Position numbers and translations under genes: made by a program. Shown here piece after piece: positions 32,386 to 51,973 of a DNA stretch of 64,000 nt. This stretch comes from the human T2T-CHM13v2.0 reference genome, Homo sapiens. The notes beneath the pieces are model-generated. The model made no database searches, had not been told where the DNA came from, and saw nothing but the letters and a program-made list of their open reading frames with translations. The stretch lies in assembly GCF_009914755.1 (NCBI RefSeq), contig NC_060931.1; one strand, written 5' to 3'. Within the stretch, counting starts at the first letter, position 1. Each line of letters begins with the position of its first letter.

Positions 32386-34790
32386 TTTCACCACACTTAT
32401 TCAACATAGTACTAGAAGTCCTAGACAGACCAATCAGGCAAGAGAAAGAAATAAAGGCCATCTAAATCGGAAAAGAGGAAGTCAAACTATCTGTCAATGA
32501 TATAATCTTATACCTCAAAAACCCTAAAGATTCCTCCAAAAGACTCTTAGGTTTGATAAATGAATTCAGAAAGGTCTCAGGTTACAAAATCAACATACAT
32601 AAATCAGTAGCACTGCTATACACCAATAACAACTAAGCTGAAAATCAAATCAAGAACTCAATTCCATTTACAATAGCTGCAAAACAAAACAAAACAAAGA
32701 ATCCCTAGGAATATACTTAAGCAAGGAGGTGAAAGATCTCTACAAAGAGAACTACAAAACACTGATGAAAGAAATCACAGATGACACAAAAAATGGAAAA
32801 ACATTCTATGCTCATGGATTGGAATAATTAATATTGTAAAAATGACCATATAGTCCAAAGCAATCTACAAATTCAATGCAATTCCTATCAAAATATCAAA
32901 GTCATTTTTCACAGAATTAGAAAAAAAAAAACCCTAAAATTTATATGGAAACACACAATTCCCTGAATAGCCAAAGCAATCCTAAGCAAAAATAACCAAT
33001 CTGAAAGCATCACATTACCTGATTTGAAATTACACTACAAAGCTATAGTAACCCAGAGAGTATGGTACTGGCATAAAAGTAGACACATAGAGCAATGGAA
33101 CAGAACTGTAAACCCAAAAATAAGGCCAAATCCTACAACCAACTTATCTTTGACAAAGCAGCCAAAAACAAACAAACAAAAAACACTGGGGAAAGAACAC
33201 CCTGTTCAATAAATGGTGCTGGGAAAATTGGATAGCCACATGCAGAAGAATGAAACTGGATCCCTATCTCTCACCATATGCAGAAATTAACTCAAGATGG
33301 ATTAAAGACATAAACGTAACACTTAAAGACACAAACATTCCAGAAAGAGCAGGGTGCGGTGGCTCAGCCTGTAATCCCAGCACTCTGGCAGGCCGAGGTG
33401 GGAGGACAGCTCGAGCTCAGGAGTTCAAGACCAGTGTGGACGACACAGGGAGGCCCTTGTTTCTACAAAAAAAAAAAAAAATTTTTTTTTTAAATTAGTT
33501 GGGTGTCGTGGCACATGCCTGTAGTCCCAGCTACTTGGGTGAGTGGTGGGAGGATTGGTCGAGCCCGGAAGGTTGACGCTGCAAAGAGCCATGATGACCC
33601 CACTGCACTCCAGGCTGGGTGATAGAGAGGGACCCTATCTCACAAACAGACAAAAAAGAATTCTAGAAGAAAACCTAGGAAAAACTCTCCTAGATATTGG
33701 CCTAGGCAAATAATTTATGACTAAGACCGCCAAAGCAAATGCAACAAAAACAAAAATAAATAAATGGAACTTAATTAAACTAAAAGCCTTCTGCACAGCA
33801 ACAGAAATAATCAACATAGTAAATAGACAACCGACAGAATGGGAGAAAATATTTGCAAATTATACATCTGACAAAGGACTAATATCCAGAATCTACAAGG
33901 AACTCAAAGAAATCAGCAAGGAAAAAAAACCAAACAATCCCATTTTAAAAGTGGGCAAAAAACATGAACAGACATTTCTCAAAAGACATATAAAGGGCCA
34001 ACAAACATGAAAAAATGCTCAATATCACTAATCCTCAGAGAAATGCAAATTAAAAACACAATGAGATACCACCTTACCCTAGTCAGAATGCCCATTATTG
34101 AAAAATCAAAAAACAATAGATGTTGGCGCAGATGTGGTAAAAAGGGAATGCTTACACACCATTGGTGGGAATGTAAATTAGTATAACCTCTATGGAATAC
34201 AGTATGGAGATTTCTCAAAGAACTAAACATAGATCTACCATTTGATCCAGTAATCCGACTACTGGGTATCTACCCAAAGGAAAAAAGGTCATTATACCAA
34301 AAAGACACCCACATGCATATATTTATTACAGCACAATTCACAGTTACAAAGATATGGAATCTACCTGAGTGCCTAACAACTGATGAGTGGACAAAGAAAA
34401 TGTGGTGTATACATACCATGGAATACTACTCAGCTATAAAAATGAACGAAGTAATGTCTTTTGCAGCAACTTGGATGAAACTGGAGGCCATTATCCTAAG
34501 TGAAGTAACTCAGGAACAGAAAACCAAATACCTCATGTTCTCACTTATAAGCTAGAGCTAAGCTATGGGTATGCAAAGGCATACACAGTGTTATAATGGA
34601 CATTGGAGGCTCAAAAGGGAGGAAGGTGGGAGGAGGGTGAGGGACAAAAAATCATCTGTTGGGTAAAATGTACACTATTCAGGTGATGGGTAGACTAAAA
34701 TCCGAGACTTCACCACTATAAAATTCACCCATGTAACCAAAAACCACTTGTACCCCTAAAGCTATTGAAATTTTTAAAATAATAAAAAGG
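32386..34790 (+). mobile_element. 5'-truncated L1PB4-like element
   Basis: ORF2 RT/C-terminal remnants and a 3' end 'aaccacttgtacccctaaagctattgaaat'. Confidence 0.85.
33349..33657 (+). mobile_element. AluJ inside L1PB
   Basis: Diverged dimeric Alu with an approximate TSD attccagaa/attctagaa. Confidence 0.85.
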
Positions 34791-37254
34791 AAAGAGAAGC
34801 AGGAGAAGACAGTAAGTGAAGGAGCCAAGGTTCCACCCAAAGATTAAAATAAAAGCCCAGACATTAAAAGTTTTTTCAAAAAGAGCAATCCAGGTTTTGG
34901 AGTTGACAAACCGCTTTTGAATACTAGCCATAGTGGCCTTCAGCAAGCCTCAGTTACTTTATCTATTAAGTAGAAATAATATTTACTTCCTAAACTTTTA
35001 AAGTTTTCATTTTCAATAACTGTATTGAGATATAATTCACACAGTATAAAATGCACACATTTAAAGAACACAGCTCAATGGTTTTTAGGACAGGTATATT
35101 GCAGATACTGCAAGTTGGGTTCCTGACCACCGCAATAAAGCAAGTATCATAGTAAAGCAAGTCACACAAACTTTTTGGTTTCCCAGTGCATATGAAAGTT
35201 ACATTTGCACTATACTGTAGCCTATTAAGTGTGCAATAGCATTATGTTTAAAAAGATGTACAAACCTTAATTTAAAAATACTTTATTGCTAAAAAGAAGC
35301 TAACAGTCACCTGAACCTTTAACAAGTTGTAATCTTTTTGCTGGTAGAAGGTCTTACCTCCAATGTAGATGGCTGCTGACTGATTAGGCTGGTGTTTTCT
35401 GAAGGCTGGGGTGTCTGTGGCATTTTCTCAAAATAAGACAACAATAAAGTTTGTCATACCGATTGAGCCTTCCTTTCACAAAAGGTTTTTCTGTAGCATG
35501 TAATGTGGTTAACTTGCTGATAATATTTGACCTACAGTAGAACTTCTTTCAAAGTTGGAGTCAATCCTCTCCAACCCTGCTGCTGCTTTATCAACTAAGT
35601 TTATGTAATACCCTAAAGCATTTGTCACTTCAACAATATTCACAGCATCATCACCTGTAGATTCTATTTCCATAAATCACTTTCTTTGCTCATCCATAAG
35701 AAGCAACTCCTTATCCATTCAAGTTTGAGCACGAGATTATAGCAATTCAGTCACATTTTCAGGCTCCACTTCCAATTCTAGTTCTTTTGCTGTTTCCACT
35801 ACATCTGCAGTGAAGTCTTGAATACCTCAAAGTTATCCATGAGAGTTGAAATCAATTCTTCCAAACTCCTCTGAATGTTGATATTTTGAGCTCCTCCCAT
35901 GAAGCATGAATATTCATCATGGAATTTAGAATGATTAATCCTTTCCAGAATTCAATTTACTTTGCCCAGATTTGTCAAATAAACCACTATCTATGGCAGC
36001 TATAGCCTTATGAAATGCATTTTTAAAATAATAAGACTTGAAAATCGAAATAACTTCTTGATCCATGAGCTACAGAATATATATTGTATCTGGAGGCATG
36101 AAAACAACATTAATCTTCTTGTACATCCCCATCAGAGCTCTTGGGTGACCAGGTCCATTGTCAATGAGCAGTAATATTTCTAAAGGAATCTCCTTTTCTG
36201 AGCAGCAGTTCTCAACAGCGGGCTTAAAATATTCCAATAAACTGTGCTATAAACATATACTGTCATTCAGTCTTTGTTGTTCCATTTCTAGAGCACAGGC
36301 AAAATTGACTTAGCATAATTCTTAAGGGCTTTAGGATTTTCAGAATAGTAAGTTAGCATTGGCTTCAACTTAAAGTTGCCAGCTACAGTAGCCCCTAACA
36401 AGAGAATCAGCCTGTCCTTTGACACTTTCGAGCCAGGCATTGACTTGTCCTCTTCAGCTATGAGAGTCTAGCTAGCATCTTCTTCCAATAGAAGGCTGTT
36501 TCATCTACATTGAAAATCTGTTGTTTAGTGTAGATGCTTTCAACCGTGATCTTAGCTAGATCTTCTGGAGAACTTGCTGTAGCTTCTATATCGGCACTTG
36601 CTGCTTCACCTTGTACTTTTATGTTATGGAGATGGCTTCTTTCATTAAACCTTCTGAGCCAACCTCTGTTAGCTTCAAACTTTTGTTCTGCAGCTGCCTC
36701 CTCTCAGCCTTCATAGAATTGAAGAGAGGTATAGCCTTGCCCTGGATAAGGCTTTAGCTTAAGGGAATGTTTTGGCTGGTTTGATCATCTATTCAGACCA
36801 TTCGAACTTTCTCCATATGAGCAATAAGGCTATTTCACTTTCTTACCATCTGTGTGTTCACTGGAGTAGCAATTTTAATTTCTTTCACAATTTTTTCCTT
36901 TGCATTCACAATTTTGCTAACTGTTGCAAGAGGCCTAATTGTAGCCCTATCTTAGGTTTTGACATGCCTTTCTCACTAAGCTTATCATTTCTAGCTTTTG
37001 ATTTAAAGTGAGAGTTGTGTGACTCTTTCACTTGGACACTTAGAAGTCACTGCTTAATTTCAATATTGTGTGCATGAGGAGAGGGAAACAGATGGAAGAA
37101 TGGTTGGTTGGTGAAACAGGCAGAAGACATGCAACATTTATCGATTAATTTGGCTGTCTTATAATGATACAGTTCATGACACTCCAAAACAACTGCAATT
37201 GTAACATGAAAGATCACTGATCACAGATGACCATAACAGATATAATAACAATAA

Positions 37255-41594
<4,340 letters not shown>

Positions 41595-42799
41595 ATGATA
41601 ATAAAAGTTTGACATATTAAAAAGAATTACCAAAAGGTGAATCAGAGACACAAAGCAGGTATATTTCACTGGAGGATGCCAATGATTAAGACTTGCTTGA
41701 CACAGGATTGCCAGAAACTTTCAGTTTGTGAAGAAGTACAATAAAATGAGGTATGTCTGTATATTCATAAAATTATGCAACCATCCCCACTATTTAATTC
41801 TAGAATGTTTTCATCACCCCAGAAAGGAACTACATATCCATTAGCAGTCACTCCCCAGCTCTCTTCCTTCCCGCAGCCCCTGGTAAACACTAATCTACTT
41901 TGTGTTTCCATGGAATTTCCCTGTTGGGTCATTTCATATAAATGAAATTATACATTATGTGGCCTTTTGTGACTAGTTTCTTTCACTTAGCATAGTATTT
42001 TCAAGTTCTATCCATATTGTAGACTGTATTAAAACTTTTTCCTTGTTACAACCAAATAAAATTCCATTGTATAAATACATTTTATTTATACATTCATTGA
42101 TGGATATTTGTGTTGCCTCCATCTTCGGGTTGTTATTAATAGTGCTGCTATAAACATTCGTGTACAAGAATTTGTGTGGATATATGTTTTCATTTCCCTT
42201 GCGTATAAATCTGGGCATGACTGCTGGGTATTATGGTAGCTCGATGCTAAACATTTTGAAGAGCTGCCACACTGTTTTTTAAAGGGGCTGCACCATTTTA
42301 CATTCCCATCAGTTTTGTATTTCTCCATGTCTTTATCTTTTTTATTAATGTCATTCTAGTGAATATGAGGTACTAACTCATTGTGGCTTTGGTTTTTATT
42401 TCCCTAATGACTAATGATGTTGAACTTCTTTTTCACACGCTATTTGTAAATCTTATTTGGAGGAATGTTTATTCAGATCCTTTGTCCATCTTTTAATTAA
42501 ATAGTTTGCCTTTTTATTATTAGGTTGTAAGAGTTCTTTATACAGTCTTTATATATATATATATTTAGAAATTCTGGTTACAAGTCTCTTAACGGATATA
42601 TAATCTACAAATATTTTCTCCCTGTGGGTTGTTTTTTCACTTTCTAGATAGTGCTCTTTGAAACACAAAATTTTTAATTTTAATTTTGATAAAGTCTAAT
42701 GTATCTATTTTTTTCTTTGGTTCTTTGTGTTTTTGGTGTCACATGTAAGAAGCTGTTGCTTAATCAAAATTTATTAATATTTACTCCTATGTTTTACAG

Positions 42800-43457
<658 letters not shown>

Positions 43458-43814
43458 TCCTATGAGATTTTGGTGAAGATTAACTGGGATAATGTATGTA
43501 AATTCTGGGCATGTAACTATCAGTGGGAAGTAATATCTTATATTGTCATTCAGACAATTCCTCCAGGCTTCCACCTCCACCCTCATCTAATTTCTCTGGT
43601 TTCCACCTCTACCATACCCTCTGGATTTGCCCCTTGGTTGGACTGGCTCTGGCTTTGATTTCAGACTCTTCCTAAAACACTGCTTCTGCATACCTCATGA
43701 CCTTTAGTTTCAAGCAAGTGATGTTGACAGTTGCTCAGCTCAGGTTCTGGACTGTCCAGGAGGGGGCATCAGACAACAAGAAGAGAAGTCCCTAGAAAAG
43801 ACAGCTTTAATCAA

Positions 43815-44037
43815 ATAATACTGCCATTCATTGAAAACCTGCTGCGTGGCTTCCTCTTTATGGGCATTATCTCTATTCTCTAGAATAACTGTGGGAATAG
43901 AGTACAGTATTACCACCATGATATAAAAGAGGAAACTGATTTTCTAAGTTTAATAACTTTCCCAACATTTCCCAGTTTAGTAATTGATGGGCTGGGATTT
44001 GACTGACTATAAAGCTTGTACTATTTCTTTTATACCA
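43815..44037 (-). mobile_element. MIR
   Basis: 'gaggaaactga...taactttcccaac...ctgggatttga'. Confidence 0.6.
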
Positions 44038-44781
44038 CCAATCTCGATCTCACAGGGCTACAAAAAATCTTGAAGCAAGCATTAGAACTTCCCTCTATCT
44101 TTAGTAGCTCTAAATGACGTAAAAATGTGTTTAGAGAGCATTAAAATGTGTTTAACAAAATGTGTTAAGAGAATATGTCCTGGACTTAGGGGACAAACTA
44201 GAAATCAAGCTTCCAGACCTCAGGACCTACAGTATAAATTAGAATGCAAAACACTAACAAGCAACATACCCAGAAGGTAGTTATGAAGTAATAATGACTT
44301 GATAAAGTTAACATCATACATTCTGATACTTCATTGAAATTTTCTTCCCTGGGCTGGTCTATGATGTTTTTAAATATCTAAACTATGGCTTAACGTCCAT
44401 GAAGCTTGAACCTGATCAATTTCTCTAAGGCACTATAGTTACAGTTTGAGTATCGTTCACCCAGGGGATAGTATTATTTTCTCAAAATGTCTTCTGGGTC
44501 TATCTGCAGCAGAATCTCCTGCTATACTTAATAAAATTCACGTTTCAAAGCCACTCCTTTCATTTACTGATGTCTACGCTGGTGACTGACATGCTGCATT
44601 TTTAAGCAGCTGTTCATTAAACAGCAAGAAACAGTTATTGCCTCACCATTGGACTTCCCTTTTTGCCATTAAGAGACAGCATCTGCCCTTTAAGTTCTGC
44701 CTCTCTTACCATGAGTCCTAAACATTATAAAAGCAGAAGTTTATAAAGTTAGTCCAATTTCTACCATTTGGCACATAGTGG

Positions 44782-45030
44782 TAATAACAGCTAACACTTT
44801 CAGAGGACTTACTGTGCTCCAGGTACTAGTCTAAGTCCTTTACCTACATATTAGCACCCTGAATCCTCACAACTGTCTCCTGTTGTTGATTCTATTAACT
44901 TCAAATCTCTTATACAAATGAGGAAACAGACAGGTTAAGACTTGCCCAAGGTTAAGTAGCTTGAAATTGACAGAGCCAAAACTCGAACCCACAGGCAACC
45001 AGATTTCAGAGTCTAAGCTTTTGAACATTA
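44782..45030 (-). mobile_element. MIR
   Basis: 'taataacagctaacac...atgaggaaacag...ggttaagacttgcccaagg'. Confidence 0.75.
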
Positions 45031-45249
45031 TAATTCTTCTTTTTGAAAAATGATTTAATGGCAGAAGATTTGGAAAAACAAACTCATATATTCATCACTA
45101 GGGGAATGGTTAAAGAAATTATGATTCCCCCAATGAAACGCAGCTGTGAAAAACTAAGAAGCTTTCACTGAGCTGAAAGGCAAGGGTCAGAATGTGTATA
45201 ATATGCTGACTTTATGTTTAAAATAAATCTTTTTTCAAATTGAATTTTG

Positions 45250-45680
45250 GATCTGTATGTATTAGGAATTTAGTCTTTGTTACATGAGTTAAAAAATTTT
45301 CCCAATTTTTCATTTAACTTTTTAGGTACTTATGGTATAATTTACTATGCAAAAGTTATCTTTAATTTTATGTACTTGCGTTATTTATTTCATGGTTTTT
45401 GGATTTTGAGTCATCATTAGACCTTCTCCACTTCAAGGATAAAAAGTAATTATCCTAATACTTTCTTCTGGTGCTTTCAGGATTTCTTTCTAAATGTGTG
45501 ATTTTTAATGTATTTTAAGTTTACTGTGATACACAGGTAAGGTATGAACAAGCTCATTATTTGTCGCAACATCCATTATTAAATTGCCCTCTTTGCCCCA
45601 CTAATTTCAGATGTCCTTCTATCATGAAGTGAATTTTCTTATGTATTTTGAATTATTTCTGGGCTTATTTTGTCCCTTTG
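45250..45680 (-). mobile_element. Old L1M ORF2 fragment
   Basis: Degenerate T-rich reverse-L1 text. Boundaries approximate. Confidence 0.45.
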
Positions 45681-47363
45681 GGTACTAAGTTTTTAGTTTA
45701 TGAGGCAGCCAGATCCATTTATTTTTGCACTCAAGTATTATTTTAGTCCTGGAGATAAATTTATGGTCTGTTTAATGTACCATGTTATTGCTGACATCCC
45801 TTATCGTCCTGGGGAAGTTACAGAAATAATGAACAGTAGTTTTACAGTGATGGCTTCAGCAGAAAACAGATCTAGAGAAGCACTGTCCCTGAGGATAGCG
45901 CATTGAGCCCCACACCTGCTGAGATTTTCAAATTCGTATCATTCTGTCTGCTCAACTCTGCAACTACCTTTCATCTTCCTTTGGAAAGCAGCAGGACTGA
46001 GGATTAAGGTTAAATTCCCATTGTCTGTGGTCCAAAGAGAAAGCATACTACCACTGTCTGTTCATATTATTGCCATTGTGTTAAAGTGCAGAACCAAAAG
46101 CAAACTTTCTAATTTTTCATACTCCTAGCTTGGTGTGTGTGCCTGCTGTTGGCACCCAGGATCTGCCTATATTCCCTAGAAAGCATATCAAAACAGCAGC
46201 TTGACTCTCCTGAGAATGGAGAGGTGGACTGGCACAAATTCAATGGAGTATGGCGAGAATGTCACAGGAGCTACTCCAACCAAAATTCCTTTTCATATTG
46301 CAAAGCTCCTACATGGGCCACTCTGAGCCAATGTCCCTCTAAGTCCCCTTGAAAGCACTGTTTGAATAGGATAAACTTCCTGACAGTGTTTGAACTTTGC
46401 AGACTCCCTATCAGACTCACAGTCTCAAGTTAGCAGCTCACAGTGGATAAGGCGGTGTGAGCGCTAGACCTCAAGGCCTGAATATGATTTGGCCAGTGCT
46501 CTTGGCTCAATCCCTGCTCCATGTTAAGCTGCAATAACCACAGCTGGAAAGTGTGTTTGTGCCCTCTAGGTCTGAACAGCTGGAAGAAGGGGGGCCCCCC
46601 CCCGACACAAATTAAATTAGGAGGTGTAAAATGCTGTGGGAAGAAAAACAAACCAAGATGACAAAAGCAGGTGCCAAAAGGCGTTTGTTCACAACCCCCA
46701 TCACAGTTTCATTTTTATGTGTATGATTAGCAGCTCAGCTGCCTTAGGGCACATTTCATACTTCTTTGATCTTTTAATGTCTTGAAAAGAAAAAGAAACA
46801 GCACCTGCTGATGAAAGATATTCCAAGAGAATAGCAGGCTCTGTTTTCCAACAATCTCAAAAGCTTAACTATCCTACTCTGTGGACAGTTTTAAAGACTG
46901 TGTATTTTAGAAACCAATCTCTTCAAGAACTAGCTGAACAGTATAAAACAACTGTCCTTTTATTGTTATTTTCCAATTTATTGCCAGAGGATTATCTGTT
47001 AATGAGCCTTAGCTTATTAGAAAGACTTAAGGAAGCTAGAAACTTTCACCACAATAGCACTGATTGGTTTGTCATAGTCTGAAGTAACTCTCTTGTACTA
47101 GATGATTCATAAATTCTAAATAGGAGACCAAAGGGGCAGCAGTTCTAAAGAGAGCAGCCACACAACCCCATTGCACAATAAGCTTTGTCAGCACAGCCTG
47201 TAGATAAACACTGGGTTGCAATATAGCCACGAATGACCGGTTCTCTCCCTTGTTCATCCATCCTGGGAGACCTACAGGTGCCTTAAATTCTCCCTAAATT
47301 GTTCCAGAAGACATCGCCTGTGTCCCTTAGCCCGGTCTTCTTGACTACTCTTTAGGTTTCAGC

Positions 47364-47389
47364 CTTTTTTTTTTTTTTTTTTTTTTTTT
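47364..47389. repeat. Poly(T) tract
   Basis: About 26 consecutive T. Confidence 0.9.
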
Positions 47390-49959
47390 AACTCTCATCT
47401 GCTCAGTTTTGTGCTGATTAATGCCTGTAAAGGTACCACCATGGCTGCTAAGGCCCTCACTCTCACATTTCTGTGCCCAGATTGTAAAGCCCTAAGTTCC
47501 ATGCCAAGCTCCTGACACCTTGTGCTCTCAATGTCCTAGATTTATTCATTTTCGATCTTATCTTTCATTATACTCTTTACTTTCAGACTCATAGCAGAAA
47601 CAGGACTTGAGGACCATCTAAATGAGTGATAGACATCCCACCCCTTCCTTCCTGACCTACCATTCTTTAATCCTCTTCCAATACAGTGCATTCCATCCCA
47701 AGTTTCTCAGTCCCTCATGCCAATGGTACCTGGCCAGCCTGTGGCATCAGTCCTCTAGACTTGCCTTAGTCTTGGGACAAACTTATGTAGGTCTTCCTTC
47801 TAGTAAAACATTGAGATAAAACAACTTTGCAACTGTTATTTCTTCTTGAAATTAGCATTCTGAACGTATCATCCTTAAAGGTATGAATCAATAGTTTCAT
47901 CTCTGATAAATATTAGAAGTCATCTGAATTTCTTTCCAAGTCATTGGAGGGGAGCAAGAATTAATAAGACAAAGAAAATGAATTCATGCTTGTCACTTTA
48001 TAGAAACAGACCCACTAATTGATACGAATCAATAATGCCTTGCATGTCCTATGTCCAGTTTTCAAGGAGTCATCCACTTAATAGTGTTATGTACTCAGAG
48101 CTCCCACATTCATGAATCAGTCAACCACATATGCTCATATCTCATGAGCCACTGGTTTTACTGTCCTAACCACTTGCTCCCATTGTGACTCACTGTCCAG
48201 TCTCTCTGCTTGCAAACTTGGCTTTCCACCCAGTGGCTCTCTTCTCTCACTATTTGGAGGCAGAACTACAGAGAGATTAAGAGCAACTTGGAATTCTGGT
48301 GCCAAGTGTCCACGGTGTGGCTGTGCACAGATGATGTACCCTGCCCCTGTAACTGAGTCTCTCCAGCTATAGAATGGAGGTAATAATAATAACACTTAAA
48401 TCTTTGGGGGTTTTCAAAGGATTTAAAGCACTTCAAATGTCAAGCACTAATTGTTAGCTAGGATTGCTATTATTCAGGGAAAGGCATGTCACCCATCAAT
48501 AAAGAATAGCCTCAAGAATCAAACTCTGAAGGGCCACTCTGAAGTGGAGAGTTAGAAGACAGAACGTAAAAGTGCCTAATTATTTTTTATAAGTTGTAAG
48601 CTGACTCGTGGCAAGCTTATCTCCATGACTGCAGCCCAACAGAAATAAGTAACTCCGTAAATGGAAGGCTATATCATTGCACTTCACAGCACCAAGACCA
48701 ACGGATGGGCTCTAAGTACCAGCTGGCAGATGAACTAAAGAAACAGAAACTAATTTTTTTTAAACTCTAATTTGATGCTGTTTTATTTATATAAGAAAAT
48801 CCTCAATGTAATTTGCAAGCTCAGCAATAATTCAAGAAATATAAATAGCTCTGCAAAAGAATGTGTGAACATCATTTAGAAAGCTTAACTTCTAATGAGT
48901 GAAAAGTTTCCTAAGAAAAACAAATGACTTAGGCTAACAGGAAAATAACTCCTAAAGCAACACATCCAAGGAGAAGAGCCAGGATCCAGAACCTCGCTGG
49001 GTCTCACGTCCACCAGAGCTCTGCTTGCCAATGGTTCACAGGTGCCTAAGATATGTTCTGCTCTCCAGACACCTGGCACACCAAAACTGTTCCGCTGAAC
49101 TGAGAATTCATTGATTTCATTTCTGGGCTACAATCTTGGCTACATGGAGTCACTGCCCTGTGACTCCAAGGTTTTGCAGTGATTTTGGGAAAGCCCCTCT
49201 TTGAGATACTGCCCTCTGTGTTATTATTCCTTACTCATCACTGGAGCAAGGTTATTTGACCAAGCTTTTATTCCAGACTCTCTCTCACTTCTCTTAGGAC
49301 ACATTGTCTTCCAGACGGTTTGTAGGGCCTCTCCATAAGTCAACTATATACCAAAAAGCATCTGAATCCTAGAATGGGCACACCTGAGGCTCAAGCTAGC
49401 CCCTGCCCTGGAATGATTTTATCAGTGAATAGGGTCATTTAGCCAGTGGGTTACAGAAACAGTATTTTAGTCAGGAGACTCTTATTCCAGTGCCCCTTTT
49501 CATTTCCCTCACTTCATGTTGACTCACTCTGTGAAAGAGCTCAGGTCAGTTACAAGTAGAACTAGCCAGGAAGGGACAGAGTCTCACCACAACTGATAAA
49601 GGAGTATCTTTTCAACAATTAGCCTTCAGCAGAGGGAATTAATTAGTGAATTCCTTAAAAGCTGTTTTCTATGCACCGACTTCAGACAAGTGCAGTTTTG
49701 GTGGGATGTACTTCTATTGTAATAGGAACCCAGACCTGGTATCTAATCATCAGGATATTATTAATTGCATGATTGTAAGTATCATTTAAACTGACTCCTC
49801 AGAGGGAACTCCTAATTCTATCTCAAATATTTCCTATGTAAAACGGAAATAACTATATCTTACAAACTCATATATGTATACTCGGAACTTCTGAATGGTA
49901 TTTCTGGGTTTTAAGACATGCATTTGAAAATTATCTTGATTTCCTTCTCCCAAAGGATG

Positions 49960-50270
49960 ATTTTGCTTTTCCTGTTGCCCTTGTAACATCTATTGGACAG
50001 GAGTCTGCATACTTGGGCTGCTGACCATGACTATGACATCTCTCCATTAGAAATCTCCTTGCTTGTGATGTTCTAGGAGAGAATCAGTGGCAGGCATCCA
50101 TGTTCCATACCATAAAGCACTGCCATGGCTGATGGGACAAAGAATGGCTCCTGATCCAAAGATGACTACTGAGGTGCCCCATTCTGAAATCTCCACCCAA
50201 CAGAAATGCCCTAAACTGGATGTTGACTGGGTGAATCAATCAAATCCTCTCTCCTGGATTGAGCACAAAG
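49960..50270. mobile_element. Possible LTR33-like ERVL LTR fragment
   Basis: 'gctgatgggacaaag...cctgatccaaa...caatcaaatcctctctcctgg' weakly resembles LTR33. Confidence 0.35.
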
Positions 50271-50674
50271 AGAAAAAGCAATGAAAAAAATTCCAGAAAT
50301 GTAGGACACCACTGAGAGAACATCTGAGTAGCAGAGTCCCAGAAAATACAGTAAAGGAACCAAACACAAGAAATAGGTAAAGATAATTTTCCAGAAATAA
50401 TAAAAGACATAATACTATAGACCCAAGGAACACAATTGTGAGCAAGATGAAAATACACATGTGCACAGGAGCATGTGCTTATGGACACACACACTCCCCT
50501 AGACACATCATAGTCAAACTATATAGTAAAATAAGGATTACTGAACGCACCTAAAAAATTAGAATAATAGAAAAAAAGGTGCAATATATACAAAAAAAGA
50601 AAAGAATTACAGCAGACGTCTCTAACAAAACCAAGCAAGGCAAGCAACGGAGTGATATTTTTAAAAAATCATTA

Positions 50675-51060
50675 AGACTACTTTTAAGTACAGTTTTAGA
50701 TTTACAGAGTAATTGAGAGATAAGTACAGAGTTCCATATATCTACATCACCCCCCTCCTCATTCCCTATCCCCAGTTTTTCCTATAATTAAAATCTTACA
50801 TCAATGTGATATATTTGTTATAACTGCTTATATTAATGCAATTATAATAACTACATAATAGGGTTGCATTATTAGTAACTATAGTACATCATCTACACTA
50901 AGGTTTATTCTTTGTATTGTACAGCTATATGGGTTTTGACACAAGCCCTTATGACACGTATCCACCATTTTGATTTCATTCAGAGTAGTTTTCCCCCATG
51001 TGTCACCTATTCATCCCTCCCTTCCCTCTTCCCAAGTCCCTGCAACCACTGACCTTTTTA
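50675..51060 (-). mobile_element. L1MC1/2-like 3' end fragment
   Basis: 'cagttttagatttacagag...agtacagagttcc...caaccactgaccttttta'. Confidence 0.7.
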
Positions 51061-51826
51061 CACGTATGGAGTGGCATATACAAAGTACTGAAAAAAAGTA
51101 TAGTCAACACAGAATTCTATGCACAGTGAAAATACTGTTCAAAAATGAAGGTGAAATAAAAACTTTTAGGCAACAAAAACTGAGAGAAGTCAAAGGTAGC
51201 AGACATGTGCCACAGTGAATGTTAAATTAAAAATTTTCTGGCAGGAGTATATTACCAGATAGCAACCTGGATCTGCAAAAAGAAACAAACGCACTGGAAA
51301 TGGTAACAAGAAATGTAAATATAAACAGTACTGTTCTTCTTTTTAATCACTTTAAGAGATGTCTGACTAACATAAAATAAATAAGTTTATTACAGGGCTT
51401 ATAGAAATATACTGTTATAAGACCGGCTATAAACAAAGCTGTATAATATTTTAAGGCAGCTGTGGTGAATTAAAGTTGTATATTTCAGATCTTAGAGAAA
51501 CCACTCAGTTTAAATAGAAAGTAAAACTAATAATAACCTACTAGAGAAGATAAAATGGAATCATAAAAAATATTCAATACAAAAAAAGATTAAAAGGGAA
51601 TAAAGAACAAATGGGACAAATATAAAGCAGCTACAGCAAGACAAATTTAAATTCAACCGTATCAATAATTAAAAACAAATGGTTTAACTACATTTAACAC
51701 ATTAAAACGACCACATCTAATACATTACAATACAATAATACAATAATACAAAGTAAAAGGCAGAGTTTTTTTAAAACAACAAAAAAAGCTGACTCTGTTT
51801 TGCCAACAAAAAAACCTGTTAAAAAA

Positions 51827-51973
51827 AGGGTCAACACACTACAACCCACTGGCTAACTCTAGCCGCACATATTTTTTTAAGGCCTTAAAGCAAAGAATGG
51901 CTTTACATATGTGATCTATAGTGTCGAAAATGTTAGCTATCTAGCCATTTACGGAAAAAGTTCGCCAACCCTG
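51827..51973. mobile_element. MER58-like hAT element
   Basis: Ends 'tttacggaaaaagttcgccaaccctg'. Confidence 0.6.

Noticed and set aside
33467-33491. Poly(A)/poly(T) hairpin
   Set aside because: Slippage-expanded Alu linker with no evidence of function.
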